Assembly (NCBI GenBank): GCA_038062955.1
Contig: JBBTWE010000001.1
Location: 389,640 to 453,639, forward strand
Length of the DNA: 64,000 nucleotides
From: Patescibacteria group bacterium
GTDB taxonomy: Bacteria; Patescibacteriota; Minisyncoccia; Phycocordibacterales; BOKC01
Direction of reading: 5' to 3'
Below the pieces are notes generated by a model that worked only from the letters and a program-made list of their open reading frames with translations, was not told the origin of the DNA and searched no databases. Made by a program: the position numbers and the translations under genes. Of the stretch, positions 19,501 through 28,049 are shown one piece after another. Every line of letters begins with the position of its first letter. The first letter of the stretch is position 1.

Positions 19501-22500
19501 TCACTGTCCTATCAATGCTCTCGTTTTTGGTCCAAAATATCCGAGCGCAGGAACAACACCTTTTGATCTTTGTAGTCTTGCTAAAGCCGCTCTCGTCAAA
19601 TCTCCAAAATAGGTACCTTCATTTCCTGGTGAACCGACACCGACAGATGTGATGACGAATCCGTGAGTATTCAAGTATATCTGCAAAGACCTGACATCAG
19701 GACCTTCCGAACCAACTGTGAGATCTCTGGTGAATGCCGCACTCACGATTGGAGATTGTCCTGCTTGGAGAAGAGCTCTCTGTTCAAGTAGAGCAAGAAG
19801 AGTTGCGCGTAAAGATGTCAGAAGATTCTGAAGTTCTGCTATAGTCATTTGGCTTCCAGGTCTTGAAGGGTTGTTTCCTTGATTGTTGTTGTTGTTTGAA
19901 GCTCCGCCGCCAGATGAACCTCCACCGCCACCACTAGAACTACCACCTCCTCCCCCTCCGCCACCGCCGGTTCCGCCTGAATTTCCTCCACCACTAACTT
20001 CCCCAGTCGTACCTTGCGCAGTAGGTGACCATGCAGAACTACCAATAGAGTTGTATGAGCGGACACGGTAATCATAAGCTGTGCTTGCCGATAAGCTTGA
20101 ATGAGTGAAACTGGTTGTGCCGGCTGAAAGCGCGCTTGCCCCTTGAACTCCCGACCATGAACTTGATGAAGATTGTTTATATTCTAATGTGAATCCTTGT
20201 TCATTAGTACTTGTGTCAACCCAATTTAATAGAAGACTTGTAGAAGATTGCGCAGTGGCAACCAAATTAGAAGGAGCGTTAGGTATCGCATTCAAAGTCG
20301 TTCCAGAAGCAAAAGTGAGAGGGTGCCAAGGAGAGGCTCCTCCGGTGTTCACTGCTCGTATTTGGTATTCGTAGTAAGTGTTGGGAGTTAGATTGATGTT
20401 TGTGAATGTACCTTGAGCTGAACTGCTACCAGGAACAGTAGCTACCAAAACCCAAGTCCAGTTGGTAAGTTGTTGTCTTCTCTGAACTTCGAAACTGACT
20501 TCGTTGTTACTGTTGTCGTTCCAATTTAGACGGAGTTGGGACGAACTTAGAGGAGTGATTGTGAGAGAGGATGGTGTGGAAGGGGCTTGAACTCCTCCGC
20601 CAATTATAACTCCTGTGGAAGGGGCTTGCGCCCAACTAGTGCCAGCTCCCCCCGTCGTGCCGGAAGCCAAGTTAGACCATGCTGAAGCTCCAATAGCATT
20701 AACCGCTCTTACACGATATTCATAAGAAGTACTTGCTGACAATCCACTATTAGCAAAGGTTTGGGTATTAGGTGCTAAGTTTGAAGCCGCTGGAATGATT
20801 GCAAATGTTCCGTTAGGCAACAATCTTCTTTCTATCTCGAAACGAGTTTCATTAGTACTTGTGTCAACCCAATTTAATAGAAGACTTGTAGAAGATTGTG
20901 CGGTGGCAACCAAATTAGAAGGAGCGTTAGGTATCGCATTCAAAGTCGTTCCAGAAGCAAAAGTGAGAGGGTGCCAAGGAGAGGCTCCTCCGGTGTTCAC
21001 TGCTCGTATTTGGTATTCGTAGTAAGTGTTGGGAGTTAGATTGATGTTTGTGAATGTACCTTGAGCTGAACTGCTACCAGGAACAGTAGCTACCAAAACC
21101 CAAGTCCAGTTGGTAAGTTGTTGTCTTCTCTGAACTTCGAAACTGACTTCGTTGTTACTGTTGTCGTTCCAATTTAGACGGAGTTGGGACGAACTTAGAG
21201 GAGTGATTGTGAGAGAGGATGGTGTGGAAGGGACAGGTGGCTGAACTGTGACTGGTCGTCTAACGCTAACTTGATTATCAAGATTCTTGACTCGAAATTC
21301 ATAAGTCCCGGGAGTAGCTCCTACTCCAAAATCAAGTCTTATGAGTTGAGAACTCATTTGTGTAAATCCGGGGACAGCTCCGCACACGGTAACACAAATC
21401 TCCAAAACTGCTCCGGGATTATCAAAATTATTACCATTGAAACTAAGGGTATTGTTCTGTGCGTTAGTAATCGTCGAAGGAGTAATGCTAACTAAGTTAG
21501 GCGCTGATGATGTGCTTCCACCTCGAGGTAGAAACGCCCATTGAGGATTCTCCTGTCGTTTCTGAATATAATTTGAATTTGGATTTGTGTTTGCAACATT
21601 AAAAATCCAATTCCAAGCCTGGTTTCCAAGGGGGACGTCAGTAAGATGGGAAACTGCTCCCATAATCATAGTGGAATAACCATGATTAGGGTCCCTAAAA
21701 CCATCTATAAAATAATCAAAAACTGTTGCTAAATGGGCTGGGAGAAATTGCTCCGTAATGCTTTCGTATGTATTGTAATAAGAATTATTCGCTACATTAA
21801 ATATTGGTGTCCGATATTCAGAAACAAGAGCCTTAATAGTATTATTGGAGTGATTAAGAAAGCCGGTAAGATATTCACCGAGATAATTCTTAAGCGGCCC
21901 GGAGGCGTATCCTAAATCTTCCAAGTGTCCGAGTGTATAAACCAAAAGCCCTTGTTGCCATGTCCCATCAACAGCATAACCTAAAGGATTTACGGCTGGA
22001 ATCGGATAATTTATCTCACCAACACCAATATGGTGTAATGAGGGGGGTGTAGTGATTCCTCCCATCCAGCGAAGGGAACCTAGGACGTTCCTTCCCCAAT
22101 TCCACATAGTACTATTTGTATAGGCTGTACCAGTAATTCTAAAGAGACCTTCTTTTGAAGCAATATATTCTTGAGTAAGCAAATCAAAGTGGCTCTTTTC
22201 TTCACTTCCTTGAGGAGAAAGAAAAGCTGTTCGCCCTCTTATCTGCATACAGCGCGCTTCTCCTCTTGTCTGGATTCCATTCAAATCTCCCTCTTTTCCT
22301 GTCGGGCCCCTGCTATAAGCTAAATTGCCATATGAGCTGGATAGAGAACCGTAAGATGACCAAAACCAAAGTTCTTCGAGATACCAATAGTCTCCTGAAA
22401 GCGCGTACTGTATTGAATAAGGATCTGGAATATGTGCACAATCAGGATTCCAAGAATTTGAAGCGTGAGGTCCAACAATATTAACCATGTCAGAAGGAAG

Positions 22501-23877
22501 ACTATAAGCATTTATAAATCTAAACCCTGGGCGCGCGTTAGGAGACAAAACCTTCCCAGTAGCATTAACCGTATTTGAACGGTCAAAAAATCTTCCGGTA
22601 GAACCCTCCCTTAAATGAACGGGCCAAGCGGCAGCCAAATCCGCCATTCCAGAATTCATTTTTGCAAAGCGAGAATCACCTGTAAAAAGCCAGTAAACAG
22701 TCCACTGCGGCCAAGGGCCGAGTTCAGGCCTACCTCCGGTAGACCCCATATCAAGCATGTAACTTCCAGAATCGTACAAATCTTTCGGTCTTGAAAGCCA
22801 AGCCGACGAATAATAATTAGTTAAAATATTTGATGGAATAACTATACTGGTGTCATAATTTGAAATAAATCCAGTCTCTTTGAGATATTCAAGATTATGA
22901 TCAATGGCGATCTCTCCCGGTTCCCCACCAATCCAGAATTCTTTAGTCCACCTAGTAGCAAGATAATGGTTCACATTATTTTTTGTGTAGACAGTCAGAG
23001 GATTAGAATTACCTAAAGTAAGGGAAAGGTTGTACTGCATATCTTGCAATACCTGGGAGTTTGCCACTTCACCAATATATCTAACCCGAACCTTGCCAGC
23101 CCTAGGAAAAAAAGTTGCGATAAATATAGGCCTGAAAGATTTATAAGTGTCGAAACCAATGTCATATCTTCTTGCGGTAGAATGATCCGCAAGAATTATT
23201 GAGGTAGACTCTGAACCTTTTAGCCAGTATTCAAATTCATTATCGGAGAGCATAGTGCGTGCAGAAGCAGACACAGTGCTTGGACCAGTAAGTCCTATTG
23301 TTGCTCCAAAGTTATATGGAGCGCCAAGCATATTATTCTGTGTTAAGAATGCTTGATTGTTTCCAGTCTGTTGGTTTTGAAATGTTGCAACAATTTGTTG
23401 ATTTGGATTTAATTGCGGAATATAAAACGACATTATTACATGCTTCGCGCTTCCGTCTCCCCATCTAGTTTTTACATCTGATTGAGTAATTACTGGAGTT
23501 CCGTTAAGTAAAACTTGCGGATAGTTGTTTATTTCCCCTTGAGCGAATATCCTTCCAGTCTGAACGGGATAATTTGTGGTACTTTGTCCAGCCTTTTCAG
23601 TAATTGTTATAAAATTGTTTGGATTATCGGTGCCAATTTCTCCACCTTCTTCTGGGGTTGGCGGCACTGGAGGTAAAGGCAACGGTAGGGGTTGCGGTTC
23701 TAAAGGTCCTTCTGCACCAGTCTGATCTCCAGTATCATCAACAGTAGAAATACCCAAAAAAGACACAGCTAAATTTTTGAGATTGATGTCACTTATTCCT
23801 GTTCCATTGATCAGAGCGAAAGAAAAAGTTATAACAATGATAATGAGGAGACCAATTATGAGGAGTGTTTTTTTCAT
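19501..23877 (-). CDS. Paralogous giant surface protein (1458 aa): signal/TM, Pro-rich segment, ~800-aa domain of unknown fold, FN3 repeats, Gly/Ser linker, C-terminal peptidoglycan-binding domain
   Basis: Same architecture; C-terminal ~120 aa nearly identical to the neighbour (SQMTIAELQNLLTSLRATLLALLEQRA...). Confidence 0.85.
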   Translation of the reverse strand: MKKTLLIIGLLIIIVITFSFALINGTGISDINLKNLAVSFLGISTVDDTGDQTGAEGPLEPQPLPLPLPPVPPTPEEGGEIGTDNPNNFITITEKAGQSTTNYPVQTGRIFAQGEINNYPQVLLNGTPVITQSDVKTRWGDGSAKHVIMSFYIPQLNPNQQIVATFQNQQTGNNQAFLTQNNMLGAPYNFGATIGLTGPSTVSASARTMLSDNEFEYWLKGSESTSIILADHSTARRYDIGFDTYKSFRPIFIATFFPRAGKVRVRYIGEVANSQVLQDMQYNLSLTLGNSNPLTVYTKNNVNHYLATRWTKEFWIGGEPGEIAIDHNLEYLKETGFISNYDTSIVIPSNILTNYYSSAWLSRPKDLYDSGSYMLDMGSTGGRPELGPWPQWTVYWLFTGDSRFAKMNSGMADLAAAWPVHLREGSTGRFFDRSNTVNATGKVLSPNARPGFRFINAYSLPSDMVNIVGPHASNSWNPDCAHIPDPYSIQYALSGDYWYLEELWFWSSYGSLSSSYGNLAYSRGPTGKEGDLNGIQTRGEARCMQIRGRTAFLSPQGSEEKSHFDLLTQEYIASKEGLFRITGTAYTNSTMWNWGRNVLGSLRWMGGITTPPSLHHIGVGEINYPIPAVNPLGYAVDGTWQQGLLVYTLGHLEDLGYASGPLKNYLGEYLTGFLNHSNNTIKALVSEYRTPIFNVANNSYYNTYESITEQFLPAHLATVFDYFIDGFRDPNHGYSTMIMGAVSHLTDVPLGNQAWNWIFNVANTNPNSNYIQKRQENPQWAFLPRGGSTSSAPNLVSITPSTITNAQNNTLSFNGNNFDNPGAVLEICVTVCGAVPGFTQMSSQLIRLDFGVGATPGTYEFRVKNLDNQVSVRRPVTVQPPVPSTPSSLTITPLSSSQLRLNWNDNSNNEVSFEVQRRQQLTNWTWVLVATVPGSSSAQGTFTNINLTPNTYYEYQIRAVNTGGASPWHPLTFASGTTLNAIPNAPSNLVATAQSSTSLLLNWVDTSTNETRFEIERRLLPNGTFAIIPAASNLAPNTQTFANSGLSASTSYEYRVRAVNAIGASAWSNLASGTTGGAGTSWAQAPSTGVIIGGGVQAPSTPSSLTITPLSSSQLRLNWNDNSNNEVSFEVQRRQQLTNWTWVLVATVPGSSSAQGTFTNINLTPNTYYEYQIRAVNTGGASPWHPLTFASGTTLNAIPNAPSNLVATAQSSTSLLLNWVDTSTNEQGFTLEYKQSSSSSWSGVQGASALSAGTTSFTHSSLSASTAYDYRVRSYNSIGSSAWSPTAQGTTGEVSGGGNSGGTGGGGGGGGGSSSGGGGGSSGGGASNNNNNQGNNPSRPGSQMTIAELQNLLTSLRATLLALLEQRALLQAGQSPIVSAAFTRDLTVGSEGPDVRSLQIYLNTHGFVITSVGVGSPGNEGTYFGDLTRAALARLQRSKGVVPALGYFGPKTRALIGQ
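20186..21235. repeat. Near-identical internal tandem duplication (about 400 bp repeated with a 650-bp period) inside the FN3 region of the second giant gene
   Basis: 20186-20585 and 20836-21235 are almost base-identical; the identical 75-aa antisense ORFs in the track are a symptom of this. Confidence 0.7.
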
Positions 23878-23956
23878 AATGTTGGTTGAATTTTAACACA
23901 AAAATCGAATTACTACCCTCACAGTAAGTGGATATATAAATAATTTCTTAAAATAA

Positions 23957-24967
23957 TTAGAAAATAGACAAAGCTATGAAAGCCACTCCGAGATAAATAA
24001 GCACACTTAAAACATCACTGATAACTGTTGAAAAAGGACCCGATGAAATAGCTGGGTCAAATTTAAGTTTATAAAAAATCCACGGTAGAAGCAGGCCAAA
24101 ACAAGTAGAGATGAGGATGGTTAAGAAAAATGAAATTCCAATAATAAGAGTGATTAAAAGTTCATTCCATAAAAAATAGGTCAAAAGGGTGGCGGCAATA
24201 CTTAAGGACAGGGCTAATAGCAATCCTACAGAAATCTCCCTTCTGATATAACTTTTTAGGGCCATTTTTTTATCAATAAAAAAACTTCTGATAAAAATGG
24301 TTTGTGTTTGTGACCCAACAGCATCAGCTATGTATACAACCGATGGAATAAAAGATGCCAAAATAATCATTTTAGACAATGTATCTTCAAAAAAACCTAT
24401 AACGATAGCGGCTAAAAAACTGCCCAAGAGACCGAAGACAAGCCATGGCAATCTTTTCTTGAAATGTTCTGAAGCGGACGCAGTAATAAAATCTTTTGCG
24501 GAATCATGTTTTAAAATACCGCTTCCACGAAGTGCGTCTTCAATTCCCTCCTGATGTAATACGTTTAAGATAACGTCGGATGGCACGACCCCCAAAAACA
24601 AACCTGATTTGTCGACTACGGGAATATTTTTTAAATTATGCTGGATAGCAAGGAGAGCAACTTTTTCTCTGTGAGTATTGGGCGAAACAGTAATAAGATT
24701 TGTTTTCATAACACGAAATATCGGCATGTTCTTCCCAATTCTGAAAAGCTCTTTAATGGACAAAACTCCTTTGAGAATCCCTTTTTCATCCACAACATAA
24801 ATATAGTTAATGTTTTCAAGCTTCTGTATATCCTTGAGCAGAAGACTTTCTATTGCTCCGATATTCAAACCTTGAAGCACAATTGGAATTTTCTTTGTAA
24901 GAATATGTATTGCCGATTCTCGAGGAAAGCTCGATTGGGAATTATTTTTTGTTTCTTCTTGAACCAT
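23957..24967 (-). CDS. mgtE: Magnesium transporter MgtE (CBS pair + MgtE transmembrane domain)
   Basis: CBS-like IYVVDEKGILKGVLSIKEL...IPVVDKSGLFLGVV; C-terminal polytopic TM region; start placed at internal Met (MVQEE) 11 nt after the upstream stop. Confidence 0.85.
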   Translation of the reverse strand: MVQEETKNNSQSSFPRESAIHILTKKIPIVLQGLNIGAIESLLLKDIQKLENINYIYVVDEKGILKGVLSIKELFRIGKNMPIFRVMKTNLITVSPNTHREKVALLAIQHNLKNIPVVDKSGLFLGVVPSDVILNVLHQEGIEDALRGSGILKHDSAKDFITASASEHFKKRLPWLVFGLLGSFLAAIVIGFFEDTLSKMIILASFIPSVVYIADAVGSQTQTIFIRSFFIDKKMALKSYIRREISVGLLLALSLSIAATLLTYFLWNELLITLIIGISFFLTILISTCFGLLLPWIFYKLKFDPAISSGPFSTVISDVLSVLIYLGVAFIALSIF

Positions 24968-24978
24968 GAATTTTGAGC

Positions 24979-25848
24979 TTACTTTAAGTATACAACTGGA
25001 TTTGTTTTGCTTATCGCGGCTACTATTGCACCAATAAGCAACACTTGGGTGGAATAATACACCCAAAGCAGAACCGCGATGAAAGATCCGGAAGCGCCGT
25101 ACACAGCGTCATTGGTATAGAAAAGGTTGAAATATAGTATAAGAGCGGCATTGAGAAAACCAAAGAGTATAGTGCAAATGATTGCTCCTGTGAGTGAGCT
25201 TTTCCATGTCGTCTTCTTACTTCCTACAGTTTTGTACATAAGGGTCAAAAGCAAAATCGTTGAAACGAAAACTAGGAAAAAATTAAGCAATTGTGATTTT
25301 GCAAAAAATTCCAAGCCGAAAAAGTTCGCGGAAAAACTTAAAATTAAGGGCGCAATGACACTTATAAAAACAATCATTAAAATTAAAAAAACTAGATACA
25401 CACTAAAACCTAAAGATTTTAGATAATTCAGAAATGTTTTCTTTAAGTTTTCATCCAAGCCTAACTTCACTCCAAAAATCGCAAAAAAAGATCCTTTTAA
25501 AGTATTGAAAAAGTGCGACAAACCATAGAAGGTTATGAAAAAACCAATAAAAGAAAAAGTTAGGTGTGATTTTGACTGTTTTAGACTTTCAATTAAATCA
25601 TTAATAAAAGATGTGGATTGTTCACCAACTCTATTTTGAAAAAAAGTTAAAAGACGCGTTTCGGCTATGCTTTGATCAATTATTAAACCGCTAAGTGAGA
25701 CAAAAATAATAATGAGTGGCGCCATAGCAGAGATAGCGTAAAAAGCCAAAGCAGCAGCATGCTTTGGGATTTCCACTGATTTTATCTTCGGTATAATTTC
25801 TCCAAAAAAACTTAGTTTAGTTTTTCGGTGATGGAGGGTGACATTCAT
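24979..25848 (-). CDS. YihY/BrkB-family inner membrane protein
   Basis: AAALAFYAISAMAPLIIIFVS signature and about 6 TM helices. Confidence 0.8.
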   Translation of the reverse strand: MNVTLHHRKTKLSFFGEIIPKIKSVEIPKHAAALAFYAISAMAPLIIIFVSLSGLIIDQSIAETRLLTFFQNRVGEQSTSFINDLIESLKQSKSHLTFSFIGFFITFYGLSHFFNTLKGSFFAIFGVKLGLDENLKKTFLNYLKSLGFSVYLVFLILMIVFISVIAPLILSFSANFFGLEFFAKSQLLNFFLVFVSTILLLTLMYKTVGSKKTTWKSSLTGAIICTILFGFLNAALILYFNLFYTNDAVYGASGSFIAVLLWVYYSTQVLLIGAIVAAISKTNPVVYLK

Positions 25849-26003
25849 CCCGTAGTGAAATTTCAGGTCGTTCTTCGTAAGGCTGCGAACTATCCTGATA
25901 TTTTTTGGTAATTTTTAATAAATAAACTTAATTCTCTTATGTGTTCCGTGGTAAGTGTTTGCAACCTGAAATTCCCTGTCTGCCGACAGGCAGGTACTAC
26001 GGG
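25849..26003. repeat. Hairpin repeat family 1, copy 2, abutting the yihY ATG, carrying a nested copy of GC palindrome family 2 (25975-25994) in its distal arm
   Basis: cccgtagtgaaatttcaggt ... acctgaaattc[cctgtctgccgacaggcagg]tactacggg. Confidence 0.7.
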
Positions 26004-26012
26004 ATTCATATA

Positions 26013-26213
26013 TTATGTCTGTTTTTTATACAGTCGGAAAATATAGTAAGCTCCTGCAAGAAAAATTATGAGAAACAAAAGAACTCCTTTCCAAAAAAAC
26101 TCGTAGAAACGAGCCCCGATAAGAATTCCCAAAGAAAGCAAAGAGATTTGATAAATCCCCCACTGCCTTAAGGATAGTTTTAGATTACGAATCCTATTCA
26201 AAACCTCTAGCAT
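26013..26213 (-). CDS. Possible small two-TM membrane protein (about 66 aa)
   Basis: Hydrophobic ORF downstream of trmD; the longer track ORF overlaps trmD out of frame, so only the internal-Met version is plausible. Confidence 0.25.
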   Translation of the reverse strand: MLEVLNRIRNLKLSLRQWGIYQISLLSLGILIGARFYEFFWKGVLLFLIIFLAGAYYIFRLYKKQT

Positions 26214-26232
26214 GATTAAATTATACCACAGA

Positions 26233-26973
26233 CTAAATGCTCTTTTTCTTTTCCCTCCATTCTTTAATTTTCTTGTGATTTCCAGAAAGAAGGATTTTTG
26301 GGACTCGATAATTTTTACCTCCAAAAGTTACAACTTCAGGTCTCGTATAGTGAGGATACTCCAAATTTCCATTTTCCTCATTTTTTATCATCGAGCTTAA
26401 GAAAGATTCCTCTTCTAGAGATTCAAGTTTTATAACGCCAGGAATAAGTCTCGCGATACTCGAAATCATCACAGCCGCCGCAACTTCCCCATCAGTTAAA
26501 ACGTATGGACCAATTGAAACTTCTTCTGCACGAAGAGCGAGCCTCACTCTTTCATCGATTCCTTCGTAACGGCCGGTAATTAGAATTATATGTTTATAAT
26601 TTTTTGCGTATTTTAAAGAAGTTACTTGATCAAATTGCTTGCCTTTGGCCGACAAAATGAGAATTTTCAATTTACTTTTTCCAATCGCTTTCTTTATTGA
26701 TTCGACAACTTTCAAAATTGGTTCAGCCTTAAGAACCATACCAGCCCCACCACCGTATGGCTTATCATCCACTTGAGAAAGCGACCGAGGAGAAATCTTT
26801 CCCTCCTGCCTGCCTGCAGGCAGGTCCAGTTTCAACTTCCCGCCCTCCGTGAAATCCCGAGGATTGTAAAAGTTGATTTTAATTTGCTTGTCTCTCTGTG
26901 CTTTACCCAAAATAGACGTCTCAAAATATGAGCTCATGCTTTCGGGAAAAATTGTAATAATGTGAAACTGCAT
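26233..26973 (-). CDS. trmD: tRNA (guanine37-N1)-methyltransferase TrmD, with an ~18-aa insertion that encodes a GC palindrome
   Basis: DDKPYGGGAGMV, GRYEGIDERV, VLTDGEV motifs; extra segment EGGKLKLDLPAGRQEGKISPRSLSQ between DFT and VDDKPYGGG. Confidence 0.92.
   Translation of the reverse strand: MQFHIITIFPESMSSYFETSILGKAQRDKQIKINFYNPRDFTEGGKLKLDLPAGRQEGKISPRSLSQVDDKPYGGGAGMVLKAEPILKVVESIKKAIGKSKLKILILSAKGKQFDQVTSLKYAKNYKHIILITGRYEGIDERVRLALRAEEVSIGPYVLTDGEVAAAVMISSIARLIPGVIKLESLEEESFLSSMIKNEENGNLEYPHYTRPEVVTFGGKNYRVPKILLSGNHKKIKEWREKKKSI
26814..26833. repeat. GC palindrome family 2, copy inside the trmD coding sequence (cctgCCTGCCTGCAGGCAGG)
   Basis: 16-bp perfect palindrome read in frame as PAGRQEG. 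Confidence 0.6.
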
Positions 26974-27002
26974 ATAACTTAAAATTCAAAAGGCAAAAAT
27001 CA

Positions 27003-27116
27003 AAATTGAAAGTAAAAAGTCAAAATTAGCTTTATGTGCATTCACTTTTGAATTTTGAATTTAAATTTTGACCTTTGATTTTTGCCTTTTGACTTTATCA
27101 TAAAGGATAAAGCTCT
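27003..27116. repeat. AT-rich long inverted repeat family 6, copy 2, in the trmD / KH-protein spacer
   Basis: Arms 27003-27048 and 27064-27116; homologous to 7186-7307. Confidence 0.55.
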
Positions 27117-27179
27117 TCAAAAAAAACAAAACCTCCCAATTTCTCGAGAGGTCTTGTCTTTCTAACATATAGTGCCTAG

Positions 27180-27530
27180 TTATATTTTTAGATCATCCAC
27201 AGCTTGATCCAAACTTTTTGATTTAGGTTCTTTTTCTCGTCTGTCTCTCATTCCTACTGCCTCTCCTCTCTCTGGTCTAACACTTCCTTCTGGTTCGTTA
27301 ATTTTTAAATTAACTCGAGCATTGTTTTTCATCCCAACAACTCGCAAAAGTGTTCTGATAGCCTTTGCTGTATTGCCTTCGCGGCCGATGATCTTACCCA
27401 TATCCCCTGAATTAACATCAAGAGTGATTAGGACTCCCATTTCATCAACTACTCTCTTTATTTTTACATCGCTCGGATTATCAACAAGAGCCTTAACAAC
27501 ATACTCTAAAAATTCAACATCTCTTTCCAT
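27180..27530 (-). CDS. KH-domain RNA-binding protein (YlqC/KhpA-like)
   Basis: GKIIGREGNTAKAIRTLL KH motif; lies between rpsP and trmD as in many bacteria. Confidence 0.8.
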   Translation of the reverse strand: MERDVEFLEYVVKALVDNPSDVKIKRVVDEMGVLITLDVNSGDMGKIIGREGNTAKAIRTLLRVVGMKNNARVNLKINEPEGSVRPERGEAVGMRDRREKEPKSKSLDQAVDDLKI

Positions 27531-27595
27531 AGTAGTACTATATCTTTAATTATTAATGATTTCGGACAGTTTAAATTCTACCCCCACGACATAAA

Positions 27596-27985
27596 TTACG
27601 CAACAGGGATTTTCTTTGTTTCTTCTGGAACAACTTTTGCTTCTCCTTGTGGTTTTGTTTCTTTTGGAGTTTCAGTTCCTTCCTTCTTCTCCTCTCCCTC
27701 TTTCTTAATCGGTTTTTTCTTTGGTAAAGCGTTTACTTTTTTGCCAGCAATAACTTTACGGGCGACCAAGAGATTATGGATTGTGTCTGATACTTTGGCT
27801 CCTTGTTTCATCCAATATCCTATTCTCTCAACATTAAATTCGGCCTTCTCTGCGCGTCTTGAATCAAAGGATCCCAATACCTCAAGAGAATTACCGCTTT
27901 TAGGGCCGTTTTGTGATTCAGTAACAACAAGCCTAAAAACCGGCTCATGTTTTCTTCCTATTCTTTGTAATCTAATTTTTAACAT
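27596..27985 (-). CDS. rpsP: 30S ribosomal protein S16 with a Lys/Glu-rich C-terminal extension
   Basis: MLKIRLQRIGRKHEPVFRLVVTESQ...ERIGYW; start set at MLKIRL. Confidence 0.9.
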   Translation of the reverse strand: MLKIRLQRIGRKHEPVFRLVVTESQNGPKSGNSLEVLGSFDSRRAEKAEFNVERIGYWMKQGAKVSDTIHNLLVARKVIAGKKVNALPKKKPIKKEGEEKKEGTETPKETKPQGEAKVVPEETKKIPVA

Positions 27986-28049
27986 TTGTAAGTCAAGGAA
28001 TCTTAGCAGAACTACCATATTCAGTCAATATTTGCTATATTCTAGTTCT

